Part shown: piece by piece, positions 9,063 to 17,943 of the stretch
How positions within the stretch are numbered: position 1 is the stretch's first letter
Layout of the letters: each line of letters begins with the position of its first letter
Source of the DNA: Patescibacteria group bacterium UBA2591
GTDB lineage: Bacteria > Patescibacteriota > Patescibacteriia > UBA2591
Assembly: GCA_002339755.1 (NCBI GenBank)
Contig: DDKT01000044.1
Location: forward strand, 1 to 32,234
Direction of reading: 5' to 3'
DNA length: 32,234 nt
Translations under genes and position numbers: made by a program
Notes under the pieces: model-generated
Told to the model about the DNA's origin: nothing
The model's input: the letters and a program-made list of their open reading frames with translations, nothing else
Database searches by the model: none

Positions 9063-9250
9063 GAAATTAAATTCAAAAATCAAAATGCAAAACAACGCAA
9101 CTCAACCTTAGTATGAAGACCAAGCGGGGTCTCGTTTCAAAATCTTTAGTTTTGTCTCAGAGTAATTTAGCATTGCTTTATTTTTCCTACTCGACTTGTT
9201 TCTTCCGAAATAAAAAAGTGAACGAAATTTAAATTTTGAAAAATCTTAAT

Positions 9251-10165
9251 TTAAAGTCTCTTTTTTAATGCTCCCTTTAATCTCTCATAAATCCAATAAG
9301 GAGCTTTAAAATTTCTTCCTTTGAAATCCTCAGGCCATACCCCTTCAATGATGCCTGTGCCATGGAAGTCGCTTCCGCCAGTAATAAAAACTTTTAATTT
9401 TTTAGCCAAAGCCTTATAGTGCTTTCTTTCGGGAGGGGTATTTTTGGGAGTATAAACCTCAAATCCTTGAATTCCCTTTTTAACTAAATCCATTAAAATT
9501 TTATCACTTTCAAAGGTAACCTTCCAATCTGGATGAATAAGTCCTGGATGGGCAAGAATAGGAATTCCTCCAGCATCTTTTATCAACTTGATAATCTCAT
9601 CTACTTTAAGAATCTTTTTAGGAACATAAGCCGGCCTACCTCTTTTTAAGTAATAATTAATGATATCATGAATAGTAGGATAAGGACCGACTTCTTGATA
9701 AACTTTGATTCTGTTTTCTGGCCTTTTCATCAAAAGCCAAGCAATATGGTATTTAGCCAAAACAGCGATAAGGGCTTGATCTTTTAATTTCTTTAGGTCA
9801 ATCTTAAAACCCAAGTTTCTCATCTTTTTAGCCATTTCTATTTCTCTTTCTTTTCTTTCTTCTCGGATTTTTTCCAAGGTTTCTATAAATTTCTTGTTAG
9901 AAAAATTCATGCTATATCCTAAAATATGAAAATCATAACCTTTATAGGTAGTATCTAGTTCAATGCCAGGTAAAACTTCTATACCAAATCTTTTTGCTTC
10001 CTTTTTAGCTATTTTTACCCCTTCTACTGTATTATGATCAGTAATAGAAATAGCTTGTAAGCCTATTTTTTGGGCTAAAGTCAAAATTTCAAGAGGCGTC
10101 AACCCGCCATCTGAGCAAGAGCTATGAATATGAAGATCGCAATATTTTTTAGTTTGTCTTTTCAT
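9251..10165 (-). CDS. PHP domain metal-dependent phosphoesterase (TrpH-like)
   Basis: DLHIHS..SDG, ITDHN, GIEL, HILGY, LAHP, TGGSDFHG. Confidence 0.9.
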   Translation of the reverse strand: MKRQTKKYCDLHIHSSCSDGGLTPLEILTLAQKIGLQAISITDHNTVEGVKIAKKEAKRFGIEVLPGIELDTTYKGYDFHILGYSMNFSNKKFIETLEKIREERKEREIEMAKKMRNLGFKIDLKKLKDQALIAVLAKYHIAWLLMKRPENRIKVYQEVGPYPTIHDIINYYLKRGRPAYVPKKILKVDEIIKLIKDAGGIPILAHPGLIHPDWKVTFESDKILMDLVKKGIQGFEVYTPKNTPPERKHYKALAKKLKVFITGGSDFHGTGIIEGVWPEDFKGRNFKAPYWIYERLKGALKKRL

Positions 10166-10248
10166 AAAAAATAAACAAATTTTTTCGAAAATTTATTATT
10201 TTTCTTTTCCGTTTTGCTACTTGATCTTTAATTTCTATATTCATTCAA

Positions 10249-11226
10249 TTAATTTTCCAACAATTCTCTCCTCAAAGCCTTCTTAACACTTTCTTCAAAA
10301 AATCCTATTATCTTATTTTTAGCTTTTATCTCGTCTTTGTCCCTAGTATGTCTAAAATATCCTAAATTAGAAATCCCCTGCAAAATCACTTCTATTTCAA
10401 AAAGGTCTTTAAAACGTTCCTTTTGGGAAGGTAAAGAGAAATCGAGAAATTTTTTTATTAAATCTTTTCGCCATTCGGGCTGTTCAAATGCTCTTATCCA
10501 AAGAGTAGCAATATCACGAGCTGGATTTCCCCAACTTAAATTTTCCCAATCAATAAGATAATATTGATCATTTTTGTCTCTAAGAATATGAGGAGCAAAT
10601 GCTTCAAAATGGGTAATAACATTTTGGTTATTATCAAAAAGTTTTACTTTCGAATCTAGAAATTCTTTAATCTTGTTTCTTATACAACCTAGATCATAGC
10701 GATCTAAAATTATAAAATAATTAGCATACCTCTCATGACTCCGAAAAGGATATCTCCTAATCATTCTTTTAAAAGAGGGAGGAAAATCTTTGGAGGCTTT
10801 GTGAAGTTCGGAGAAAAATTTAGCTAAGAAAAAGCTGCTCTTTTCAGTAAAAAATCTTTTTTGAAAAAGAAAATTGCTGTTATTGATATTTTGAGGCTTG
10901 GCATCAATATATTCTTTCAAGTACCAAGCGTACCCTTTAGTTTCATAATCAACTAATCTCGGAACTGCTTTTTTTAAAAAGGAATTTCGATAAGTAGAAA
11001 AAAATTCAAGAAATTTCGATTCACGGCTTAGTCTTTTGCAAATCCTTCTTATATCACTACAATCTCTCCTTTGGCCTAAAGAAATTTTAAGAAGAACTCG
11101 TTTGCTATTCTTCCTGTATAATCCTAAAAAAAACCGTGGCCCTATTCTGATATTTTTTTCAAGAACAAGCTTATGTTTTTGAACTATTTGATTAATTTTT
11201 TCAGCAACGCCAAATCCTGTGGGCAT
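10249..11226 (-). CDS. aminoglycoside phosphotransferase/choline kinase-like protein
   Basis: VLLK, VPRLVDY, ELH, divergent Brenner motif HFEAFAPHIL, LIDWE...GNPARDIA. Confidence 0.7.
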   Translation of the reverse strand: MPTGFGVAEKINQIVQKHKLVLEKNIRIGPRFFLGLYRKNSKRVLLKISLGQRRDCSDIRRICKRLSRESKFLEFFSTYRNSFLKKAVPRLVDYETKGYAWYLKEYIDAKPQNINNSNFLFQKRFFTEKSSFFLAKFFSELHKASKDFPPSFKRMIRRYPFRSHERYANYFIILDRYDLGCIRNKIKEFLDSKVKLFDNNQNVITHFEAFAPHILRDKNDQYYLIDWENLSWGNPARDIATLWIRAFEQPEWRKDLIKKFLDFSLPSQKERFKDLFEIEVILQGISNLGYFRHTRDKDEIKAKNKIIGFFEESVKKALRRELLEN

Positions 11227-11366
11227 GATTAAAAAATCGAAATTTATTCACTTATTAGGACTTCGTTTAAAGAAAGTTAAGTGGAAGAAAAGTCAAAATG
11301 ATATTAAAGCATCATTAGGTCTTCGAAAACGAAGGATTTCAAATTTAAGCCTTCAAATTTTGAATA

Positions 11367-12776
11367 TTAAAACCCCCAAGGTTCTTCTTCTACTTGTTTT
11401 GAAATAAATTTCTCTTTAGTTATCTGGTCTCTTTGTTCCTTTAATTCCCTAATTCGTTCCCGGAATTGAGCTGCTCTCTCGTACTCGAGATCCTTCGCTG
11501 CTTCAAGCATTTGAATCTTAAGATTTTTAATCATTTTATCAAATTCTTTTTTAGGAATATGTGGCACTCCTTTATCCACTCTCTGTTTTATTTCCTCATC
11601 TTCCTGTCGAGCTAATTCTTCAACTATTCCTTTCCTCTGCCACTCAAAACCTGTATAGATAATATTTTTATACAATTCCTCTGCTTCTGCTTTCATTTGA
11701 ATTGAAGCGTCAGGAACAGTCAAAACAACATCCTTAAGTTCTTTAGTCCCTGCTTCGATATTTTCTAAACTCCACCAAGGCCGGGCAGAAGCCCACCAAT
11801 ATTGATCAGAGTGTAAAGATTTGTCTAGTAAAGATCGAGCTTTGCGATATCCTTTTAATTTTTTATTAGAATTTTCTACTGCTTGAATAGCTAAATTCGT
11901 TAATCTCCATTGCATTTGGTGAATTTCATTTGTAGGATCGAACCAACGGGAAAAAGGCGCATTTTTTTCTAGATCCTTCTGCATTAGAGCCCAAGTAGAG
12001 GGTAATGGTTCTATTTCTTTAATATTCTTAAAATATGCCGGTAATTCAGAAATGAGCGCAGTTTTTAACGCTCGAGTTTGATAAAGATCAAAAAGAAGTC
12101 TTTCTAAGCCTAAACGATGATGACCAAAAGTTTCTCCATCCATAGCTGTTAAAAGGTATTCATTCTTTTTGATTCGATTTCCTAAATACTTTATCAAAAT
12201 CTTTCCTGTGCCGAGTTGAGCTGATAAAATCTTAAAACTCATTTCTCTCTCCCGGAAATAAACATTTAAATTTAGTCCTTTAATTTTATAGATTGTCTGA
12301 TGATCAAGTTTGCCAAATTCCCGAGAAAAAGCTGGTTCGTCAAGAATAAGCCACTGATAACCTAATTTTTCAACGATTTCAGCTACCTTTCTGGTATAAC
12401 CCATTTCTGGAGGGAAAAATCCTTTTGGTTGATAAACTTTTCCAAAGTATTTTTTATTTGTTTGATAATTCAATTTAATTTGACGAACAATTTCTTTTTC
12501 TGGAAGCAAAGGAAAAAACGGATGAAATTTTGCTGACTCGGTTAATTCTACTTGCTTGCGCTGAACAAGTCTTTTTAAATCTAAAACAACGTCAGAAAAA
12601 CCGTGTTTAACAAGTAACTCAGTCAAGCAGGCGTTAATATTAAAAGTTACTTTAGCTTTTGGCGCTCTTTTTAATTCTTTAATAATCTTTCGGTAACTTT
12701 CTTTGGTCACTCTTTCTATCCAATATGATTTTTGAGTTGGAGGTTGATAAATATGAAGAAAATTGGCCCAAAGCAT
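11367..12776 (-). CDS. glycoside hydrolase family 57 protein with C-terminal UVR (UvrB/C) motif
   Basis: LHIYQP, ESY, HP, GFFPPEMGY, DGETFGHH, SDQYWWAS; C-terminal MLEAAKDLEYERAAQFRERI. Confidence 0.85.
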   Translation of the reverse strand: MLWANFLHIYQPPTQKSYWIERVTKESYRKIIKELKRAPKAKVTFNINACLTELLVKHGFSDVVLDLKRLVQRKQVELTESAKFHPFFPLLPEKEIVRQIKLNYQTNKKYFGKVYQPKGFFPPEMGYTRKVAEIVEKLGYQWLILDEPAFSREFGKLDHQTIYKIKGLNLNVYFREREMSFKILSAQLGTGKILIKYLGNRIKKNEYLLTAMDGETFGHHRLGLERLLFDLYQTRALKTALISELPAYFKNIKEIEPLPSTWALMQKDLEKNAPFSRWFDPTNEIHQMQWRLTNLAIQAVENSNKKLKGYRKARSLLDKSLHSDQYWWASARPWWSLENIEAGTKELKDVVLTVPDASIQMKAEAEELYKNIIYTGFEWQRKGIVEELARQEDEEIKQRVDKGVPHIPKKEFDKMIKNLKIQMLEAAKDLEYERAAQFRERIRELKEQRDQITKEKFISKQVEEEPWGF

Positions 12777-12933
12777 AATAGTATTTTAAGTCCAAAATGC
12801 AAAAAGTAAAATGGCAATTAAATGCTCAAGGTAAACAGTTTTAAAAACTATTCTAAAAATTTCTCAATAAATAAAAAACTACAAATAGTCATCTATTGTT
12901 TTTAGATTATTGAGATACCGAATCTAGCTTCCT

Positions 12934-13692
12934 TTACTGAGAAACCGATCTCTTAACCACATTTAGCATTTCAAAAGGAAAGAGGATGGTAGTATTCGGT
13001 TCTCTAGCAGCATCAGCCAAAGTCTCTAAATATCTTAGAGTAATCGGAGTAGCTCCTAAAATTTCACCAGCTTCCTTAAGTTTTTGGGCTGCTTGGTATT
13101 CTCCTTCGGCTAAAATCACTTTTGCTCTTCTTACTCTTTCTGCCTCAGCTTGTTTAGCAATTGCTCTTTGCATCTCTTTTGGTAATTCTACATGTTTTAC
13201 TTCTACGCCAGTAACCTTAATTCCCCAGGGATCAGTGGCTCGATCAATAATCTCGTGAAGCTTTTGATTTACCTTTTCCCTTTCAGCTAACAATTCATCT
13301 AAATTAGAAGATCCCACTACTCCCCGCAAAGAAGTTTGAGAAATCTGCGAAGTAGCTACTAAAAAATTTGCCACTTCAATCACTGCTCTTGTAGGATCAG
13401 CTACCTTAAAATACAAAACCGCATCAACTTTGATAGGAATATTGTCCTTGGTAATCACATCCTGGGCTGGTACATCTAAGGTAATTATTCTTAGATCTAT
13501 TTTAACTACTCTTTCAATTACGGGAATTATCAAAAACAACCCAGGCCCTCTTACTCCGGTAAATCTTCCTAATCTAAAAATCACTCCCCTTTCGTATTCC
13601 TGAGCAATTCTTATGGCATGAGCTAAAAAAATCAAAAAAACAACAACTACCCCAATCCAACTAAAAAACAATTTGAATAATAAATCACTCAT
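12934..13692 (-). CDS. SPFH/slipin (stomatin-like) membrane protein
   Basis: [44 protein letters not shown]. Confidence 0.93.
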   Translation of the reverse strand: MSDLLFKLFFSWIGVVVVFLIFLAHAIRIAQEYERGVIFRLGRFTGVRGPGLFLIIPVIERVVKIDLRIITLDVPAQDVITKDNIPIKVDAVLYFKVADPTRAVIEVANFLVATSQISQTSLRGVVGSSNLDELLAEREKVNQKLHEIIDRATDPWGIKVTGVEVKHVELPKEMQRAIAKQAEAERVRRAKVILAEGEYQAAQKLKEAGEILGATPITLRYLETLADAAREPNTTILFPFEMLNVVKRSVSQ

Positions 13693-14977
13693 ATTGTTTT
13701 AATTTCACAATTAAAGTATTGCCTTCTACCTTAATTATTTCGACCTTTAAATTTTGAGGGATATTTTCCCCATCGATACTTTTGGCTGCCCAAATTTCAT
13801 TCTTCACTTCCACTTTACCAAAAGGAACAAGTTTTTCTTTAACAATCCCGGCCTCTCCAACCAGAGCTTCGGGCCCTGTTTTTGGTTTACTCTTTAAGGT
13901 TTTTATGGTCCATTTTCCTATTATAATAAATAAAATAGAAATCATCAAGCTAGCTCCTAAAACTATCATAACTATGGGTTCGAAAAATTTTAACCCATAA
14001 AAAGGCTCGGCTTCCAGGGTAAAGATTCCCAAAACCAAGCTCAAAACTCCTAGAACACCAAAAATCCCGAAGCCTGGTTGAGAAATTTCTATGATCAAAA
14101 GAATAACACCAAGTAAAATCAAAATAATTCCTAAAATTGAAAACTCTATTACTCCGATTCCCCAAAGACCAATCAAAAGGAAAAGAAGGCCTAAAATCCC
14201 TGAAAGTTCAAACTCACCAGCTCTCAAAGCAAAAAGTAAGCCTAAGCTTCCTAAAGCCAGAAAAAGAGAAACCAAATAAGGATGAGACAAGAGATCAAAT
14301 ATCTCTTCAATAAAATTTTGGTGAACTTTCTCTATCTTTGGTTCTTCAATTTTTAATTTTGAAAAAAGCTCTTTCAAGTCCCTGGCAGTTTCATTGATGA
14401 CTTTTAATTCTTTGGCTTCTTTTCCGATTAAAGTTAAATTTTCTCTAACAAATTTTTCAGCTACTTCACTATTTCTTTGATTCTTTTCAGCTAAACTTTT
14501 TATCCAAGAACTCATTCCTTCAACTATTTTGGTATCAACTTCTTTCGTTATTTCTTCTCCTATCATTAAACGAGGCTGAGCAGCGCCTATAGAAGCCTCA
14601 GGATGAGAAACGGCAAAATCTGCAGCTAATAAAATAAAAGTGCCAGCTGAATAAGCCCAACCTCCTTCCTTATGAATAAAAACAATGGTTTTAATCTTTG
14701 ATTTTGAAATTAAATCAATTATATCTTTAGTGGGCTTCAAGAGTCCGCCGGTGGTATCTAGTTTTATCAGCAAAAAATCAGCCTTTTCTTTCTCTGCTTT
14801 TAATAATACTCTCTTAAAATATTGCAGCGTCCCTGCTTTAATTTCTTCCTCAATTTTTATTAAATAAATAATTGAGGAGGGTTTTTCTTCGGTTATTCCA
14901 GAAAAAAATGGCAGAAAAAGAAAAAGTAGAAGGCCTATTATTAAAATTATTTTTTTATCTCGAAAACAGAAAAACAT
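13685..14977 (-). CDS. nfeD: NfeD membrane-bound ClpP-class serine protease
   Basis: LDTx[18 protein letters not shown] bundle, C-terminal OB-fold G.V....EIW.A; overlaps the stomatin gene. Confidence 0.9.
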   Translation of the reverse strand: MFFCFRDKKIILIIGLLLFLFLPFFSGITEEKPSSIIYLIKIEEEIKAGTLQYFKRVLLKAEKEKADFLLIKLDTTGGLLKPTKDIIDLISKSKIKTIVFIHKEGGWAYSAGTFILLAADFAVSHPEASIGAAQPRLMIGEEITKEVDTKIVEGMSSWIKSLAEKNQRNSEVAEKFVRENLTLIGKEAKELKVINETARDLKELFSKLKIEEPKIEKVHQNFIEEIFDLLSHPYLVSLFLALGSLGLLFALRAGEFELSGILGLLFLLIGLWGIGVIEFSILGIILILLGVILLIIEISQPGFGIFGVLGVLSLVLGIFTLEAEPFYGLKFFEPIVMIVLGASLMISILFIIIGKWTIKTLKSKPKTGPEALVGEAGIVKEKLVPFGKVEVKNEIWAAKSIDGENIPQNLKVEIIKVEGNTLIVKLKQYE

Positions 14978-15129
14978 TTTACTTGAAAATATAAATGTAA
15001 ATTATAATAAATCTAAAAAATGGCAATTTTCATCCTTAGGCGAAAAGTTAGATTTTTAAGCAAAATGTAATATTATTTATGAGGGAAATTATAGTCTAAA
15101 GGAACACTGGTTAAATGTTTCGATAAATG

Positions 15130-16254
15130 TCACTTCACTCTCTTTAGAATTTTCACTATTCCCTTCTCTGTATCCATTTCCACCAAATCACCATCTTTTA
15201 AAACTTTAGTAGCAACCTGAGTTCCAATAATACAAGGGATTTTAAATTCTCGAGAAATAATAGCTGCATGAGAAGTAATGCCGCCTTCATCAGCAATAAT
15301 TCCAGAAAAATTCTTAATAATAGGAACAAAATCAGGTGTTGTTTGGAGAACAATTAAAATTGTATTTTGCTCTATTTTAATTTTAGTGCGAGGATCTTTA
15401 ACTATTCTTGCTTTTCCCTTTATTATTTTGTTCTTGCCTCTAAATCCTACAGTTCCTTTTAAAACATTAGTAGATAAATCTTCTTTAAAGTAGTCTTCAA
15501 GTTCTTTAAGTATCTTATGGTCTTCAATAATCTTTATTTTATTTGGAAAAGAAATATAAGCAAATCCTTTTTTTCTTCTATAAATTCTCTTTTTGAGTTC
15601 ATTAGTAATGAACCCATCTCTTAAAACCTTTTCAAATTCTTTAATTTCTAAATAATACAAATCTTCGAAGTCCTTAATTTTTATTTCTATAGCTAGATTT
15701 TTTAAAAATTCCTCTAGCTTATCAAGAATTCCCATTTCTTTCTCAAAAAGAGTATTTCTCCAATTATCATGAATTTTTAATACTTTTCTTGCTAATTTTT
15801 TATCTTTTACTAAGTGTTTATTCTCAAAAAGCACTGCTCCTAAAGAAAAACAAAGAAAAAACAAAAAATAATGCTTTTCTAATAACTTTTTGATGATTTT
15901 AAACAAATTTTTCTGATTCTTTATTTTTTGATTCTTTATCTCTTCTGAGATAGAAATTAATTCAAGCAAAAGCTCTTCATCTTCTTTAACCTTATTCATT
16001 AAAATAGTAGAATTTCTTAGGACTGCTCTTTTTATTCTATTTCGAAATTTCTCTTCTTGTTTAATTCCAATTACTCTGATATGGCTCCCTTCTCTTGGAA
16101 TTAACATCCGCATCTGAAAAAAATTAGAACCATATAATTTCTTTATATATTTTTTCTCTCCTTTGCATCTTAAACTATAAATAAGAAGAGCATCTCCTGT
16201 TCTCACTCCTTTAATCCATTTTTCTTCTTTAATAGTATTTATTAATCTAAGCAT
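15130..16254 (-). CDS. PEP-utilising enzyme mobile (phosphohistidine swivel) domain protein
   Basis: C-terminal TTPDF...GIIADEGGITSHAAIISREFKIPCIIGT..AT..LKDGD.VE.D...G.V; no ATP-grasp domain evident. Confidence 0.85.
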   Translation of the reverse strand: MLRLINTIKEEKWIKGVRTGDALLIYSLRCKGEKKYIKKLYGSNFFQMRMLIPREGSHIRVIGIKQEEKFRNRIKRAVLRNSTILMNKVKEDEELLLELISISEEIKNQKIKNQKNLFKIIKKLLEKHYFLFFLCFSLGAVLFENKHLVKDKKLARKVLKIHDNWRNTLFEKEMGILDKLEEFLKNLAIEIKIKDFEDLYYLEIKEFEKVLRDGFITNELKKRIYRRKKGFAYISFPNKIKIIEDHKILKELEDYFKEDLSTNVLKGTVGFRGKNKIIKGKARIVKDPRTKIKIEQNTILIVLQTTPDFVPIIKNFSGIIADEGGITSHAAIISREFKIPCIIGTQVATKVLKDGDLVEMDTEKGIVKILKRVK

Positions 16255-16332
16255 TATTTATTTTAATAAAATGCCTTAATCCATTAATCCATTGCTCCGG
16301 AAATAATTTAGGCCAATCTTCAAGCATCTCCA

Positions 16333-17199
16333 TTATCCCTCTTCTTCGTTTAAAAATAATTTTAAACATTTTTTTTCTTCTGTTTTAAATAAGTCCGGGG
16401 GGCAAGAAAACTGCTGCCCTCGATATTCAAAAATTATCTCTCCATCTGGAAGAAAGCTTAAGCGAGAAAATTCACTTTCTTTCACCTCTTTGTCCCCTAT
16501 CCTCTCAAAGCCTTCCCTTGTAATCTTTCCTTCATTAGCTAAATATGTAAAAAGTGCGTCTAACCCTCCACCATGGCTGACATTTATATACACCAATGGC
16601 TTTTCAGGAAAAATTCCTCTAAAAAATTTCTCTTCTCGTTGTAGTCCGATTAAAAAATCTTTTGCTAACTTTTCAGGATTAGGATCTTTTTCTCCAACAA
16701 TCCATTCTTTTATTTCTTCATCTGCAGGTTTTCCAAGGCTCTTGTAATATTTTTCCCATTCTTCCCATTCTTTAAGAGGAGCAATAAATTGCTTAATTTT
16801 AAGAGGAATTTGAATAATTATTTTACCCTTTTTTATTTCTTTACTTTGTTCTTCTAAAATTCTTTTTATTTCTCTTAAGGTTTTTATTGGCTCATCCTTC
16901 TTTTCTTTTTCTTTAGGAATGAAAATGATATCATTTCTGTCTTTAAATATATTTCTTAATTCGTCTCCATGGATTTTAAGCGTTGAACGAGTGCGAATTA
17001 TATCCGAAACTCCGCTTAAAATAACAACTGTTTCTTCTGGCAACTCTTCAATTATCTTAGCAATCTCTTTTGTTTTTTCTCTAGTCTCTTTTTCGCCTTC
17101 TTTTGTAACACCAAGATATTCCTCTGACTTTTCTTCTTCTGAAGTTTCAGTCCTTATTTTTTCAGCATGACGAGAAAGAATAAATTCTGACTTTTTCAT
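16333..17199 (-). CDS. hypothetical protein, histidine-phosphatase-like
   Basis: N-terminal SRHA, S...RT..T and VSHG motifs. Confidence 0.55.
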   Translation of the reverse strand: MKKSEFILSRHAEKIRTETSEEEKSEEYLGVTKEGEKETREKTKEIAKIIEELPEETVVILSGVSDIIRTRSTLKIHGDELRNIFKDRNDIIFIPKEKEKKDEPIKTLREIKRILEEQSKEIKKGKIIIQIPLKIKQFIAPLKEWEEWEKYYKSLGKPADEEIKEWIVGEKDPNPEKLAKDFLIGLQREEKFFRGIFPEKPLVYINVSHGGGLDALFTYLANEGKITREGFERIGDKEVKESEFSRLSFLPDGEIIFEYRGQQFSCPPDLFKTEEKKCLKLFLNEEEG

Positions 17200-17557
17200 A
17201 AATTTTATTTATAAATTACTTGAAAAAATATATCCAGAAAAGACAAAAAATTTTTTATCTTCTTTTCTTAAGAAAAATTTAAAAATTAAAAAAGTAGAAT
17301 TAGAAAAAATAGAAAATCCAGAAGTAATGTTATTAGAGATCGGCTAGTATTGTTTTTATTATTAATATTTTATATAATATCTTGGAAGATTCTCTAATAA
17401 ACTATAGGAGGTTCTCATGGGAATTTACTGTGGGAAAGCCAGGGGACCAATCCGAGGGTTCCTCTGGTATTATCTTTCGAATCTCCCTTTCATTCTTGCT
17501 AATCTTCTCTCATTTTTATTATCACTATTTCGTAAATAAAGCAAGAAGAAAGGAAGT

Positions 17558-17593
17558 CCTCAGGAAAAATCCAAGATTTTCCTGAGGTTTTTT
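17558..17593. terminator. stem-loop, probably bidirectional terminator
   Basis: CCTCAGGAAAA(17558-17568)/TTTTCCTGAGG(17577-17587) directly after the ZIP fragment stop. Confidence 0.6.
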
Positions 17594-17943
17594 CATTTAG
17601 AAAAAATAAATATTACCGAGATAAACATTATCAATATTCCTAATAAGAAAAAAAACGAATTGAAAGATTGATTTTTGCCCTCTGGTTCTTTATGAAGCTG
17701 AGGGATTAAATCTGCGCTAGTAATATAGAGGAAATTTTCTACCGCAAAATGAACTAGAAAATTTACTAAATTTTCAATATATGAAAAAGGTAAAATTAGA
17801 AAAAATATTCCTAAAACTGCCATCAAGTCAGAAAGAAAATTAAAGAAAAGAGTTTTTGATTTAGCGAAGCCAGCATAAACTAAAGAGGTAAAGTCTCCAA
17901 ATTCTTGAGGGATTTCATGGGAAATAATATCTAAAATTGACAC
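17593..17943 (-). pseudogene. C-terminal fragment of a ZIP family metal transporter
   Basis: HEIPQEFGDF and YI..ADLIPQLH motifs; begins at the HEIPQE helix, N-terminal half absent. Confidence 0.85.

Noticed and set aside
5331-12930. AATCTAGCTT at both 5331-5340 and 12921-12930, near gene ends
   Set aside because: A 10-mer match is expected by chance in 32 kb of AT-rich DNA and it is absent at the 17943 junction
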